Source: Macrostomum lignano
Lineage: Eukaryota
Length of the DNA stretch: 34,684 bases
NCBI GenBank assembly: GCA_002269645.1
Contig: NIVC01001871.1
Location: 123,720-158,403 of the forward strand
Direction of reading: 5' to 3'
Shown here: piece by piece, positions 1 to 11,011 of the stretch
Layout: each line of letters begins with the position of its first letter
How positions within the stretch are numbered: position 1 is the stretch's first letter
The notes under the pieces: generated by a model
What the model saw: the letters and a program-made list of their open reading frames with translations, nothing else
The model's database searches: none
What the model was told of the DNA's origin: nothing
Made by a program: the position numbers and the translations under genes

Positions 1-233
1 ATTAGAGTAGATTGCTAATCAGCGCAAGGCATTATACATACCGCCGGTAACTTATTAAACAACTTAATAAGGACTCCGCATCAGATGACTATTTAGAAGC
101 GTCTATCACATCCAGTAACCAGTTGATCTTATTGTTCTATGGCAATTAGCTGTTCTCACTAGAAGCTAACAATTATTTTAACAACCGCTGTAAAAAGTAC
201 TGCGCAGCAAGAAATTCACACAGCCAGCCAGCC

Positions 234-1172
234 ATGATTCGCATCAGCAACCAGCAGGAGTTCGCCTCCATAGCGCTGGGCTCGGACGCCAAGCTGTGGA
301 TCGAGCAGTCGTCAAGCGCCGCGCCGAACGGCGAGATGCGAATCCGGTTCCGCGCATTCCGCCCCGCCCCCCTGGACGTCCTGCCTACGTACGCCGCCGC
401 TGACGGAGTCGCCTCTACCGCTTGGCCACCCGTCCCGGTGGCGGCCACCCTCTACCTGTCGCCAATCACGAGGACGTCGAGGAGGCCAGGTGCAAACGGA
501 TACTGGTGACTCGGCGAAGCGGCAACGGAGAGTCCTGCAAGGTGCGGCCGCGGTTGTGGCTGTGCGAGAATCTTTTGGAGGAAAGGGGATGTCTGGAAGT
601 GCAGTGGGATCTCTGGATGATAGTGGGATCTCTAAGAGGGTAATGGGGTCTCTAGAAAGGTAGTGGGATGTCTGAAAGGTAGTGGGGTTTCTAAGAGGGT
701 AGTGGGATCTGTGGAAAAGTAGTGGAATCTCTGGAAGGGTAGTGGCTAGTGGGATCTCTTGAAGGTAGGATCTCTGGAAGGTAGTAGGATCCCTGGAAGG
801 GCGGTGGAATCTCTAGGAAGGTAGTAGGATCTCCTTAATGGTAGTGGGATCTCTGGGTTGGTAGTGGGATCTCTGCGAGGGTAGTGGGGTCTATTGAAGG
901 GTAGTGGCATCTCTGGAATGGTATTGGAATCTATATGGTAGAGGGTAGTGAATTGTAAAATGTACTCGATACATGTACATGCAACTGTAATCACCCAATC
1001 CAATCAGGATCTGTTGGGCTTCGTGCCAGGACGCGACAGCGACACTGACGACCTGGTGCTTGTGCAGCTGGAGCAGATAGAGGAGCGGGCGCAGGCCACC
1101 GATGTACCGGTGGGTGTGGAACTTCTGGTCAGCTCGCATACCAGCTCATCCGTCACTGGCCTGGTCAACTGA
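234..1172 (+). CDS. Unidentified two-exon gene (exon 1 234-541, exon 2 1008-1172) with an apparent 1-nt frameshift near 405; possible pseudogene or assembly error
   Basis: ATG in gccagccATG context. GC-rich coding-like exon. Donor AAG|gtgcgg at 541/542 and acceptor aatcag|GAT at 1007/1008 join in phase 0 (…NGESCK|DLLGFVPGRD…VTGLVN*), but only in the frame opened after ~405, not the ATG-234 frame. No family recognised. Confidence 0.45.
585..950 (+). repeat. Degenerate ~20-bp G-rich minisatellite (GTAGTGGGATCTCTGGAAGG-like) filling the intron of gene 1
   Basis: Repeated gtagtgggatctct / gtagtaggatc units read directly. Confidence 0.85.
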
Positions 1173-2332
1173 GCTTTTGAGCTCAATTTTTTACCTGTTT
1201 TGCAGAAACTCCATTGAAGCAAACAATCGACTTTGGCGCGTAAATTCATTACCGACGTTTTTTGAAAGTTGAAATTTAGCAATACAGTAAACATATAGCG
1301 AATCATTAAAAATCCGTGTCTTGCTACTAACAGTAGTAGCTATACCCAATGAAACGATTGTACCTATTAAAGTCTGCGACTTTGAAACGGGGCGCTTCTA
1401 TGACGTCTATCTGAGGCGTGCCAGAGTCGCCAAACAATCACTGAGTTGTGTCTAAAGCGCATCTGCGTCACTGTGAATTAGAATCGTATTTCGGATTTAC
1501 AACTCTATTTAGTCTACTTGAGTTAGTAGAAAGTTAAGCGCAAACACAACGACGCTTTTACGATTCTACAACTCAACGCATTACAGTAGTGTTTGAGTCG
1601 TTGAAAATTCACCAAGAGTCGCCCCAGACTCACTAGTGAGTTGCTTGCAATGAATCTTTAGCGATTCTTGTCACGGTAACGTTTTCAACGGTATGGCAGG
1701 TAGAATTAAAGAATGAATTCAAAACAATTATATAAAACACAGATATACTATTCGCACTTAGTAAATTATTAATTAATTAGTACAAGGTCATAAATAGGTA
1801 TAGTATATTTAGATAACCACAGTATATTATTAGTTATTTAAAGTTTATATCTGCGAAGTTTTACGAAGCGAACAAACGACTGCATCAGGGAATTGCTCTA
1901 AATCGTTAAATTAATTAAATAATTATTACATACTTACTAACTAGCTTACTACGTATATAATCATTACAATTAGCAATCATATATGTAGTACTATATATAT
2001 ATATAATATAACAATATAAAAAGCGACATACAAAGTCACCCACCTCTCTCTCACTTAAACAAGTAGGCGATAGACAAGCAGTAGTATATATTGATGATAA
2101 AAACACGGTACAGTACACGCGCACTCAATAAGTAAAACGGGACCAACTCTTAAGTGGACAAAGGAGAGGGGAGAAACGGCGAACGATGGAGAACAACTGG
2201 GAGCGGCGGCTGCGGAGAGGTTCAGCGCAATTTTAAGCTAAAAAGGAACTCAATCATCATTATCACTGTCTCAGTATTGTAGGGTTCACGCCTCTACTGC
2301 GTTCACGGATATTCAATTCCAAAATTAACGGC

Positions 2333-3531
2333 CTAGCGTTTCGCGTTACCATAGGAACCGCGCGCGGGCGGCACTTTAAAGCTGGCGGCGGCCTGGTACT
2401 GCAGCTGATAGGCCAGTGGGTGCACTTTGAAGCCGTACAGGCGCGGCACGAACTGATTGGCTGGCCGCTTGGGCCGGTATTCCGGGTGGACTAAAAATAG
2501 CATATGGGGAAACCCTGTGCCGAAATAGGCCCCGTCGGTGTGGTGGTGCCGCGAAGACTTCGGCGTGTAGACGTCCTGGCATTTGGGGCAGTACAGCTTC
2601 ACCATGGCCTCGCCAGGCACGTCGGATAGGCCTGCAGGGTGAGGGCGATGGGGGAAGGAGTGTTGTGACCCACCCCGTTCTTATCAAACCAGCGCCCACC
2701 CCCTTTCTTATAAAAAACGCACCCACCCCCATTCTTATCAAACCCGCACCCACTTCATTCTTATTAAACCCGCACCCACCCCATTCTTATCAAACCCGCA
2801 CCCACCCCATTCTTATCAAACCCGCACCCACTTCATTCTTATTAAACCCGCACCCACCCCATTCTTATCAAACCCGCACCCACCCCATTCTTATCAAACC
2901 CGCACTCACCCCATTCTTATCAAACCCGCATACACCCCATTCTTATCAAACCCGCACCAACCCCATTCTTATCAAACCCGCACTCACCCTATTCTTATCA
3001 AATCCGCACCCACCCCATTCTTATCAAACCCGCACCCACCCCATTCTTATCAAACCCGCATCCACTTCATTCTTATCAAACCCGCACCCACCCATTCTTA
3101 TCAAACCCGCACCCACCCCAACCTCCTCAACACACGCGGCAGAACACACAAGAGTCCAATCGCTCACCAATGGGCATCACTGGCTGATTCTCGCAATAGA
3201 CCCGAGGACAGTAGCTGAACTCGCCATTCTGCCATTTCTCAATCATCTGGGCGATGCCGCGGTTAGTCATGATGTAGCGAGCGTGGATGAGGCCGTACAG
3301 CATCTCGGCGGCCTGCTCAATGATGTCGGATTGGTTGGCATCGGACAGGTTGTCATCGGCTTCAAGATCGAGAATCATGTCCAGCGCCTGGTGATAGTGG
3401 GGCACCTGTTCGTTCAGGCCGGTCAAGTTGAACTTGTCCTGAATGTAGTCTTCATCGACTTCGCAGAAGAATTCGTTGCCGCGAAGGCCGCAGAACCAGG
3501 AGATCCAAGACACTTCTTCACTGGAGCTCAT
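2333..3531 (-). CDS. CSNK2B: Casein kinase II regulatory subunit beta, 2 exons (3531-3168, 2631-2333), 220 aa
   Basis: [37 protein letters not shown]-terminus. Zinc finger CPRVYC…[20 protein letters not shown] and RLYGFKVH motifs. Phase-1 join ATT G|gtgag … cctgcag|GC CTA gives PIG-LSD as in known CK2beta. Confidence 0.98.
2668..3122. repeat. 26-bp minisatellite (ACCCACCCCATTCTTATCAAACCCGC) in the CK2beta intron
   Basis: About 17 near-identical units; explains the spurious 293-aa + strand ORF. Confidence 0.95.
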
Positions 3532-4365
3532 GGCGCTTTGTTATAATTAACGGCGCACGGGCATGCATATGAATAATGATAACTTGCAGCTGGCTACTAA
3601 CAGTAACAGGTAACGGCTTTTTTTGTTCAGAAAATAGTAAACAAAGTGCTTTGTCACTGCGTTTGTCAAGTGAAACTAACCAATTAATTTTTTATTTGGT
3701 AATCCTTTAAAACATCGGCCACATGAAGTATTGTTCAAATAGTCTAACAATTTTTAGGGGAAAATCGCCAGAAACTAAAAGCAACTGCTGGGTAAGAGAA
3801 GCAAAAACAAGAGTACAAAAAATATCTGCGATTATAAAAAGAAGAATAAAATGTCTCAATCATGCTATCAGTAGTACTGTACAGATATATATATTGACTA
3901 TGTAAAGAGCTCATCATAAACTCTCGAAACGAATACCAAATTAAAAACAATATGGGCGTGAAAGTGCTCAGAAATATACAGACTATTAATGGAAGATTAA
4001 CTCTTAATAAGAGACAAAAGTGCATTAAATAACGCTTGAGCGTTTCAGTGTAACCATGGCAACAAAACAGGCTGGGAAGCGTCGAAAAAAATAAAACAAA
4101 ATAATAAAGCTGACTAAAAAATATCAATGAAACCATCAGTATTGCAACGTAGTAGATGACAATGGAATGAGGAAAAAGTATGAATAAACGTGAAAACTTG
4201 ACATGAAGAATCTGTGCGCCTTAGCAGCATAACAATATTAACAATAAGAGATAAGTGACCTTGGATATGCACATATTGCATAGCATAGCTAGTGAGAAAA
4301 TGTTATGTCTATAACATTAAAGGATCTATTAGCTAGATTTTTGTATAGATGGCCCACAGCTCATG

Positions 4366-4632
4366 GATAGATGCTATCTAGATATCAGAGATAGCATATA
4401 TGTGCGAGTTACGAGCGTAATACTCTATAATAATAATAATAATATAGACACGATAGACAGATGCTGCTTAGATATCATATAGATACAATAGATAGGTGCT
4501 GTCTAGATATCATATAGGATACAGTAGGTAGATGCTGTCTAGATATCATATAGATACGGTAGGTAGATACTGTCAAAATATCATATAGAAACGATAGCTA
4601 GATACTGTCTAGATACGGTAGATAGATGCTGG
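4366..4632. repeat. Degenerate ~35-bp tandem repeat (TAGATGCTGTCTAGATATCATATAGATAC…)
   Basis: Recurrent gatagatgct/ctagatatcatata units between the TIR-like gene stop and the CK2beta start. Confidence 0.7.
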
Positions 4633-4715
4633 GTGGGTAGTGTGCAGTTGCCATCTATATCTAGACGCCTAAGTACTAAATTCTCTACTACAAGTAGGCA
4701 ATCGCAATTTTGTCC

Positions 4716-7700
4716 CTAACTAGTGCGGCAGCTTCGTATCAGACCGGCTGCACCGTCGCAAGAGATGAAGGACGAGGCTGGGCCGATGGCAACAGTCGAT
4801 GGCGGGACGCCAGCAGCCGGACCAGCCGAGGCTGAAGCGGCGGCAACTGATGATGCGGTGGGCCCCAGCTTAGCCAAAGCAGACCGCCGTCTAGCCATGA
4901 CAGCTAGCAACAGGCAGAGCGGTAAAGCCGCTGCAGCCAGAAGCAGAAAACGGTCTTTGTTGGGTGACGCTGCTCGAGATGATGTTGACACAGAAGATCG
5001 GATGCTGCTAGGAATAAAACGAAACCAACGAAGCAGCAAAGAGCCTGCAAATGCAATTAAGTTAAACAAATAATTGGTAGAAATTGATTGCTATCATATA
5101 CATAGAACTATAAAATAAAATTGAGTTTGCAATCAGCTTCCATACAGCATCATGCCTTAGTATTTTCTTGATTTCAAATTCATTTGGTCTGCGAATGCTT
5201 GATTAGGATAAAAAGCTCCGCATATGTATACATGTATGTATTAATGTTGTGTACTTTCTCAATCTCATTAATTAATCCGCTTTCCCTTTGCCTTTCTTGG
5301 CAACTCTTATCTAGTCCCTGACAGTCTTATATTCTCCCTGACAGGTCTCATCATATCGCTGACAGGTCTTATCTTGTCCCTGAAAGGTCTTATCTTGTCC
5401 CTGACAGGTCTAATCTTATTCCTGACAGATCTTATCTTGTCCCTGACAGGTCTAATCTTATTCCTGACAGATCTTATCTTATCCCTGTCAGGTCTAATCT
5501 TATTCCTGACAGAACGTATCTAATCTCGGACAGATATTATCTTGTCCCTGAAAGATCTTATCTTGTCCCTGAAAGATCTTATCTTGTCCCTGAAAGATCT
5601 TGTCTTATCTCTGACAGATCTTATCTGGTCCCTGACGGATCTTATCTTGTCTTTAACAAATCCATCTTGTCCCTGACAGGTTGTATCCGTCTCGTCTCTT
5701 GTCTAGACACACCTAGCTTTCCGCCTACACGCTTAACATTGTCCTAACACACCAATACTGTCCCAACACACTAACTCCTGCCCATACACCCCACAACCAC
5801 ATCAGCGCAACTCACTCCGCAGTTTAGACAGCCAGCTCGCAGACTCGCTCCCGGAGTTGCCGGGACAAGGCCGGTCATCTGACGAGCCAACAGTGGGCGC
5901 AGCGGCGGCAGCCAGAGGACTGGACTGAGCGGCAACATCCTCATCATCAGCAGCAGCATCGGCCATATGCTCAACAGTAGAGAATGCTGTAGAATCCGAT
6001 GGAGTCAGATTCAATAGCAAATCGTTGCCCAGACTAGTTTCATACTGTTCAGCGTATCGCAAATCTAATCGAGCTGTCAATCTATCAGAGTCTGTCAGAT
6101 CCGAGCCGCGATGTAAAACAGGATTATCCATCTGGCCAGATGCCTCCTCCAGCACAGCGGCCACTCGGCGAGTCTCGGCCGGGCCAACTGGGCCGCTAAA
6201 GCTGTTATTATTGGAATTGCGACCCGCAGGCAGCAGAGCGGCAAACTGTTGCATTGGCAGGCGTTGCCAGGCAACCCGATCAACAGCATTAGTCGGTAGG
6301 CGGATTACGCTAGCCGAAACTGCGGCTGCTGCGTCGCCGAGGTCAACCTCGTCCGGGCCGAGGCACAGCACCACCAGCGACGGACTGCCCGACGCGGCAG
6401 CTCGAAGAACGCGCCGACATTCGGCGGCCGATTCGCGGGTAGCAACCAACGCCAGGCAACGGCAATTCCCTGGGAGCAGCTCGCCGCCGCTGCCACTCTG
6501 ACTATCAATCGAGTCCCAAGCGGTGAGCGAGTAGCAACAGAGTCCGAGCTGCAGTCGCAGTCGCCTACTAAAGTAAGCGGCAAACTGAACAGCCAGCCAG
6601 TCGTCAGTGTCGCCAGAATAGTACAGCGAACTGGCCAATATAATATCGTAGCAAGCGGCCGGATCATAAGCCGATCTCGCTAACGGTCGATAGTCATCAA
6701 TTGGAGTCCAAGTGACGCGCAGAATACGCGCCAGGGCGCGCCAACCGGCGCTATCAGTATCTAGAATAGTTGAGCCGGCGCCAAACTGTAACAACGGATA
6801 GGCCAGAAAGTCAACCTCCGCCGGGCTCAACAATCCGGCATCGGTGTCGCCGTCGCCAACGTCCAGATTGGTCACCAGATAGCGGCCGCTCCAGGCGGGC
6901 CGGCGGCTGACCAGGTGTACAAATAGGCGAGGTAAGAAAGCGCGGAACAATCTGACAGTGCTAGGAGTGACCAGGAACATGCAGTACTCAGCATCGGCTA
7001 GCGGGTCATCGGAGTCTTCATCGTCGCCATCTAGCCGACTGAGAAGCTGCTCAGCTGGCAGGCTCAGACAGCGGCAGGAGCGACGCTCGGCCTCCAACGC
7101 TAAACTGAGCCGTTGAACGAAGTCTTTCACCGAGCCAGCGGCCGCATCGCCCTCACTGAATAAGAGCCCGTCGGCGCTAACCAATGCCAGTTTGAAATCG
7201 CGCCGGCGGCCGTAACAGCTGCCGGATTCGAACTCGCTGGCCAGCTGGCCGACGTTAACGCCGGCCAGGCTGTCGTCTGAGAAAACGCCGCCTGACTGCG
7301 GGGAGTTTCGGCATGGCGGGGAGTTGGGGTGATTTTTAATAATCCCAAAAGCGTTGCCCTGACGGAACTAAGAGCCTGTATAGGAGAATATTCCATAGGG
7401 GATAGGGACATGATACCCCTCATGGGATCTTTTGGGCGATTTGCTACTCTATACTCGTACTCTAAATAATCTTTGGGCGTATCTCCCACTCCCTACAGAT
7501 TCCTACGGTACAATCTGCCACTCCCTACAGGTTCCTACGGTACAATCTGCCACTCCCTACAGGTTCCTACGGTACAATCTGCCGCTCCCTACAGAATCCT
7601 ACGGTACAATCTGCCGCTCCCTACAGAATCCTACGGCACAATCTCCCACTCCCTACAGAATCCTACGGTACAATCCCCCACTCCCTACAGAATCCTACGG

Positions 7701-8751
7701 CACAATCCTCCACTCCCTACAGATTCCTACGGCACAATCTGCCACTCCCTACAGAATCCTACGGTACGAGCTACAATCTACCACTCCCTACAGAATCCTA
7801 CGGCACAATCTGCCACTCCCTACAGAATCCTACGGCACAATCTGCCACTCCCTACAGAATCCTACGGTACGAGCTACAATCTACCACTCCCTACAGAATC
7901 CTACGGTACAATCTCCCACTCCTTACAGAATCCTACGGCACAATCTGCCACTCCCTACAGAATCCTACGGCACAATCTGCCACTCCCTACAGAATCCTAC
8001 GGCACAATCTGCCCCAATCGAGCAGGTCTGCCACTCCTTAATTCCAGCAGAAAATAACATTTACCCCGGACACATCGGGTGAGACGCTGCGCGTCTCAAA
8101 TTCGTCTACAACCCGTCGGACGCGCCCGGATGCCGCCGAGTCGAACTCGTCGCCGGCGGCACCCAAGTCTTCAGGCGACTCGTTCAACATTAGGAAGATC
8201 GCCTTCCAGCACTCGGACTCCGCTAGCCAGATGGACTCAGCCTCGGACTCATCGAAGGTGTCGCCAGTCAAAGCTCGGAAAACAATCGGCTCTTGAGCCG
8301 AGGCCGCCTCGAAATCTAAGCCGTTAGTTAGGCCTTCAAATTCTTCCATAGCAACAAAGATTAAACGCCGTCGGCAGCGTTGGCGACACCTGGCCCCACC
8401 GAGACCGGCCAGAAACTTTTTCAATGGTACTAGAGAGCGCGGACTGACTACTAACAGGCAGTAGTCAGATAGGGACAGCAAATTAGATAGATAATTTCCA
8501 ACTTCGTTTTCATTCTCAGCTACTGAGGCGGAGGACACGGCTGCGGCAGCGACATCGAAGGCCGAACAGCTGGCAGGCAGCGGACTGGCGCAGCCCAATA
8601 ATTCATCGATTCGCCGTTTCAACAGGGCAGCGAATCGTTCAGCCAGACGGTCGGGCCTGGCCGGCACCACAGATTTCAAGGCGCGGCCATAGTCCGAGGG
8701 CGAGACCACGGTGAACCGGTGAGGCCTGGCCTGGCCGCTGTCCGCTGCCAT
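4716..8751 (-). CDS. Putative membrane-anchored protein with three tandem TIR-like domains; exons 8751-8065, ~7295-5816 (alternative in-frame acceptors at 7358 and 7367), 5044-4716; ~830 aa
   Basis: Exon 1 donor TCC GGG|gtaaat (phase 0) joins the long ORF, open from 7367 to 5802. Consensus donor CGG A|gtgagt at 5816/5815 joins ttgcag|GC TCT at 5045/5044 in phase 1. Three internal repeats: SDYCLLVVSP…KKFL…CWKAIFLML / AEYCMFLVTP…RAFL…GWRALARIL / YDIILASS…DDW…RCLALVAT…AWQRL. Hydrophobic FLLLAAAALPLCLLLAVMA followed by RRR. The gene model is better supported than the TIR assignment. Confidence 0.7.
5304..5680. repeat. 21-bp minisatellite (TCTTATCTTGTCCCTGACAGG) in intron 2 of the TIR-like gene
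   Basis: About 17 units read directly. Confidence 0.92.
7478..8012. repeat. 32-bp minisatellite (CACTCCCTACAGAATCCTACGGCACAATCTGC) in intron 1 of the TIR-like gene
   Basis: About 16 units with a 32-nt period; source of spurious ORFs 7432-8082 and 7473-8057. Confidence 0.95.
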
Positions 8752-9246
8752 GCCAGCAATAATTGTGTTTTATTGCTGAAATTATTTGTCAGTTTTGGGA
8801 TGGAGAAGTAGAAAAATAAGCTGTTCGTCCTTGACCTGTCACTGCTTGAAATCCTAAAAATTCCTACATGTATTTAGGTTTATCTGCAATTTCCAACAAT
8901 CTTAAAGTTATAAATCTTTGTAGGTTGTCTTTTGTTTTTTACCCTTTCAGCTTTAGGTTTTCCAATATTGCATGTTGGATTTATAAACTTTATCTGAGCT
9001 ATATAAATTTCTCATTTTTGCAAGTACAATTAAAACCAAGTTGCAAAATTGGGGTACACATAGCAGGGGTTTCCACTGTAGCTATAGGAAGTTAAAGATG
9101 TGGATGTTTTTACGCAGAACATATGGATATGGGTATGGTTACAGGACAAGAACATACAATTCCTATTTCTTACAACATTGGCCATGCAAGTTGAAATTTT
9201 GGCTCTAATTAGGGGAACTGACTTTTTGGCAAAGATACTAGAAAAA

Positions 9247-9652
9247 CTAGATGGGCCACTCAGCATATTTGCCTGTAATCTACTTTCAGTTCAGTAGAGT
9301 TATTAAACAGAAAAATTTTATTTTGTTTTTTATTTTTATTTTAAAGCCAAGGCTTGTTTATTGGCTCTTAACCCCCAGCTTAAACCTTCCTGACTTTCCA
9401 CACTAACCCTACCCTGTAACAATTTTTATTGCCTTTCTTAGAATATCAGCCTAAAGCTGCTATGTACATTTCAGTGGACTGGCTAATGTACATTATGGCT
9501 GAACCAATTAGCAAGCTGTTTACACCAGCAAGCTTGGGCTTCTAAACTTATCAAAGCTGCCTTTTTATAAAATAGCTTATGTATTCTTTTTTGCTACTGA
9601 ATTGAAAATAGAAAGCTATTTTACTAGGTATATACCTGAGTGGCCCATCTAA
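9247..9652. mobile_element. MITE family A, copy 1 (~406 bp)
   Basis: Terminal inverted repeat TAGATGGGCCACTCAG (9248-9263) / CTGAGTGGCCCATCTA (9636-9651). Subterminal IR tactttcagttcagtag / ctactgaattgaaaatag. A second copy lies at 24366-24779. Confidence 0.85.
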
Positions 9653-11011
9653 TCATTTAAATATCTATGCTTTTTGGCACATCCCCTCTTTGTGGCCATT
9701 TGTAGTTGGCACAAGGTGTGGTTAATATTGTTACCTATAGGCAACAAAGATATTTGATACCATGTACACTTAATATGAATAGGATCATAAAGACTAAAGT
9801 TAAGATGAATAAATTCACTTTCAATATAAAGGGAACTTTTAAGTCCCTATGGTCAAGGACTCAAGCAACAAAGATTTTTTATTTCATTTGCATACTGTAT
9901 GATTGGCATAATTAAAAGTTATAATAAGTTATAGGAAATTAATTAGTTATAGATATGGATATATTGTTAGAAAAAATAGATTTGGCAATTGAATATAAAT
10001 GTTAAAAACTTTAGTTATGGCAAAATAGTAAATTATGCACTTTAAGCCACATCATTACACAACTAGCTAGAAACATTATTGCCTATCCTGTTAATTTCTT
10101 AAGTAGGTATATAAGTATATAGACTATATTTTTAGTATATAAGATATTCAATTATATATATATATGCACATATGGTGTCATATACATAGGAGTATATATT
10201 TCATTATTAGATATGCATATTTCTGTGCTTAAAAACAATAAATTAATAATTATTTATTAAATAGAACATATTAGAATAGTCTTGGACAAATGAAAAATTG
10301 ATTGGGTATACCTGTATACTTTAAATCTAAATATACTAAAAATCTTTAAATTGACAAATCATTAATTTTAAATTGCATAAAATCCTACCTTTGCTACTCA
10401 ATAAGCAAAAAAAGAATAAAGTTAGTTTGGTCAACTTAGAATATATATTTTTATGATCTTATATAGCTATGCATTTAGGATCAAAGTTTGCTTGCACAAT
10501 TGCATTCTTGATACTTGTATATCTAATATATCTTTTAGATTAATTCTAATAAAGAATATATTATCTAAAATAAAATCTTTTTTTGCCCCAAATTAATATA
10601 ATTATACTTGGATTCAAGTCTAGACTGCTAATATAAGCTATACAAGAGCTATATTAAAATGCTAAATGATACTCATTTACTTTAGCTTGACATGTAAATG
10701 ATCTAATAGGAAAATAATTAGCCAATTATCTCTTATAATATATAGACTAATTGACCTTATCATTAGTAGTTAAAAAGCTAGCAAGATAAAAAGTACATTT
10801 AAATAAATAATATAAATTAGTTAATTTTAAAAAACAGTTTAATGGCTTCATTTGAAAGTAGTAGGCTCCTAATGACAATGACCTAGGAGCTAGGGCTAGC
10901 CTAATATAATACCTAGAGAAAAAAACATTTTGTGATTCTTATTTGAAATTTTGTCCTTTCAATATTTGTTCAGACCCAACTAGGCCCTATGACTAGATGG
11001 ATACATGCAAA

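Noticed and set aside
1340-1700. Weak inverted motifs (tgagttagtagaa / ttctacaactca) suggesting a MITE
   Set aside because: Arms too short and degenerate; no definable termini or TSD
4723-5073. 116-aa + strand ORF (MRQLRIRP…)
   Set aside because: Better explained as the antisense shadow of the minus-strand TM-encoding exon (5044-4716), which has a matching in-phase donor and acceptor; no + strand upstream exons found
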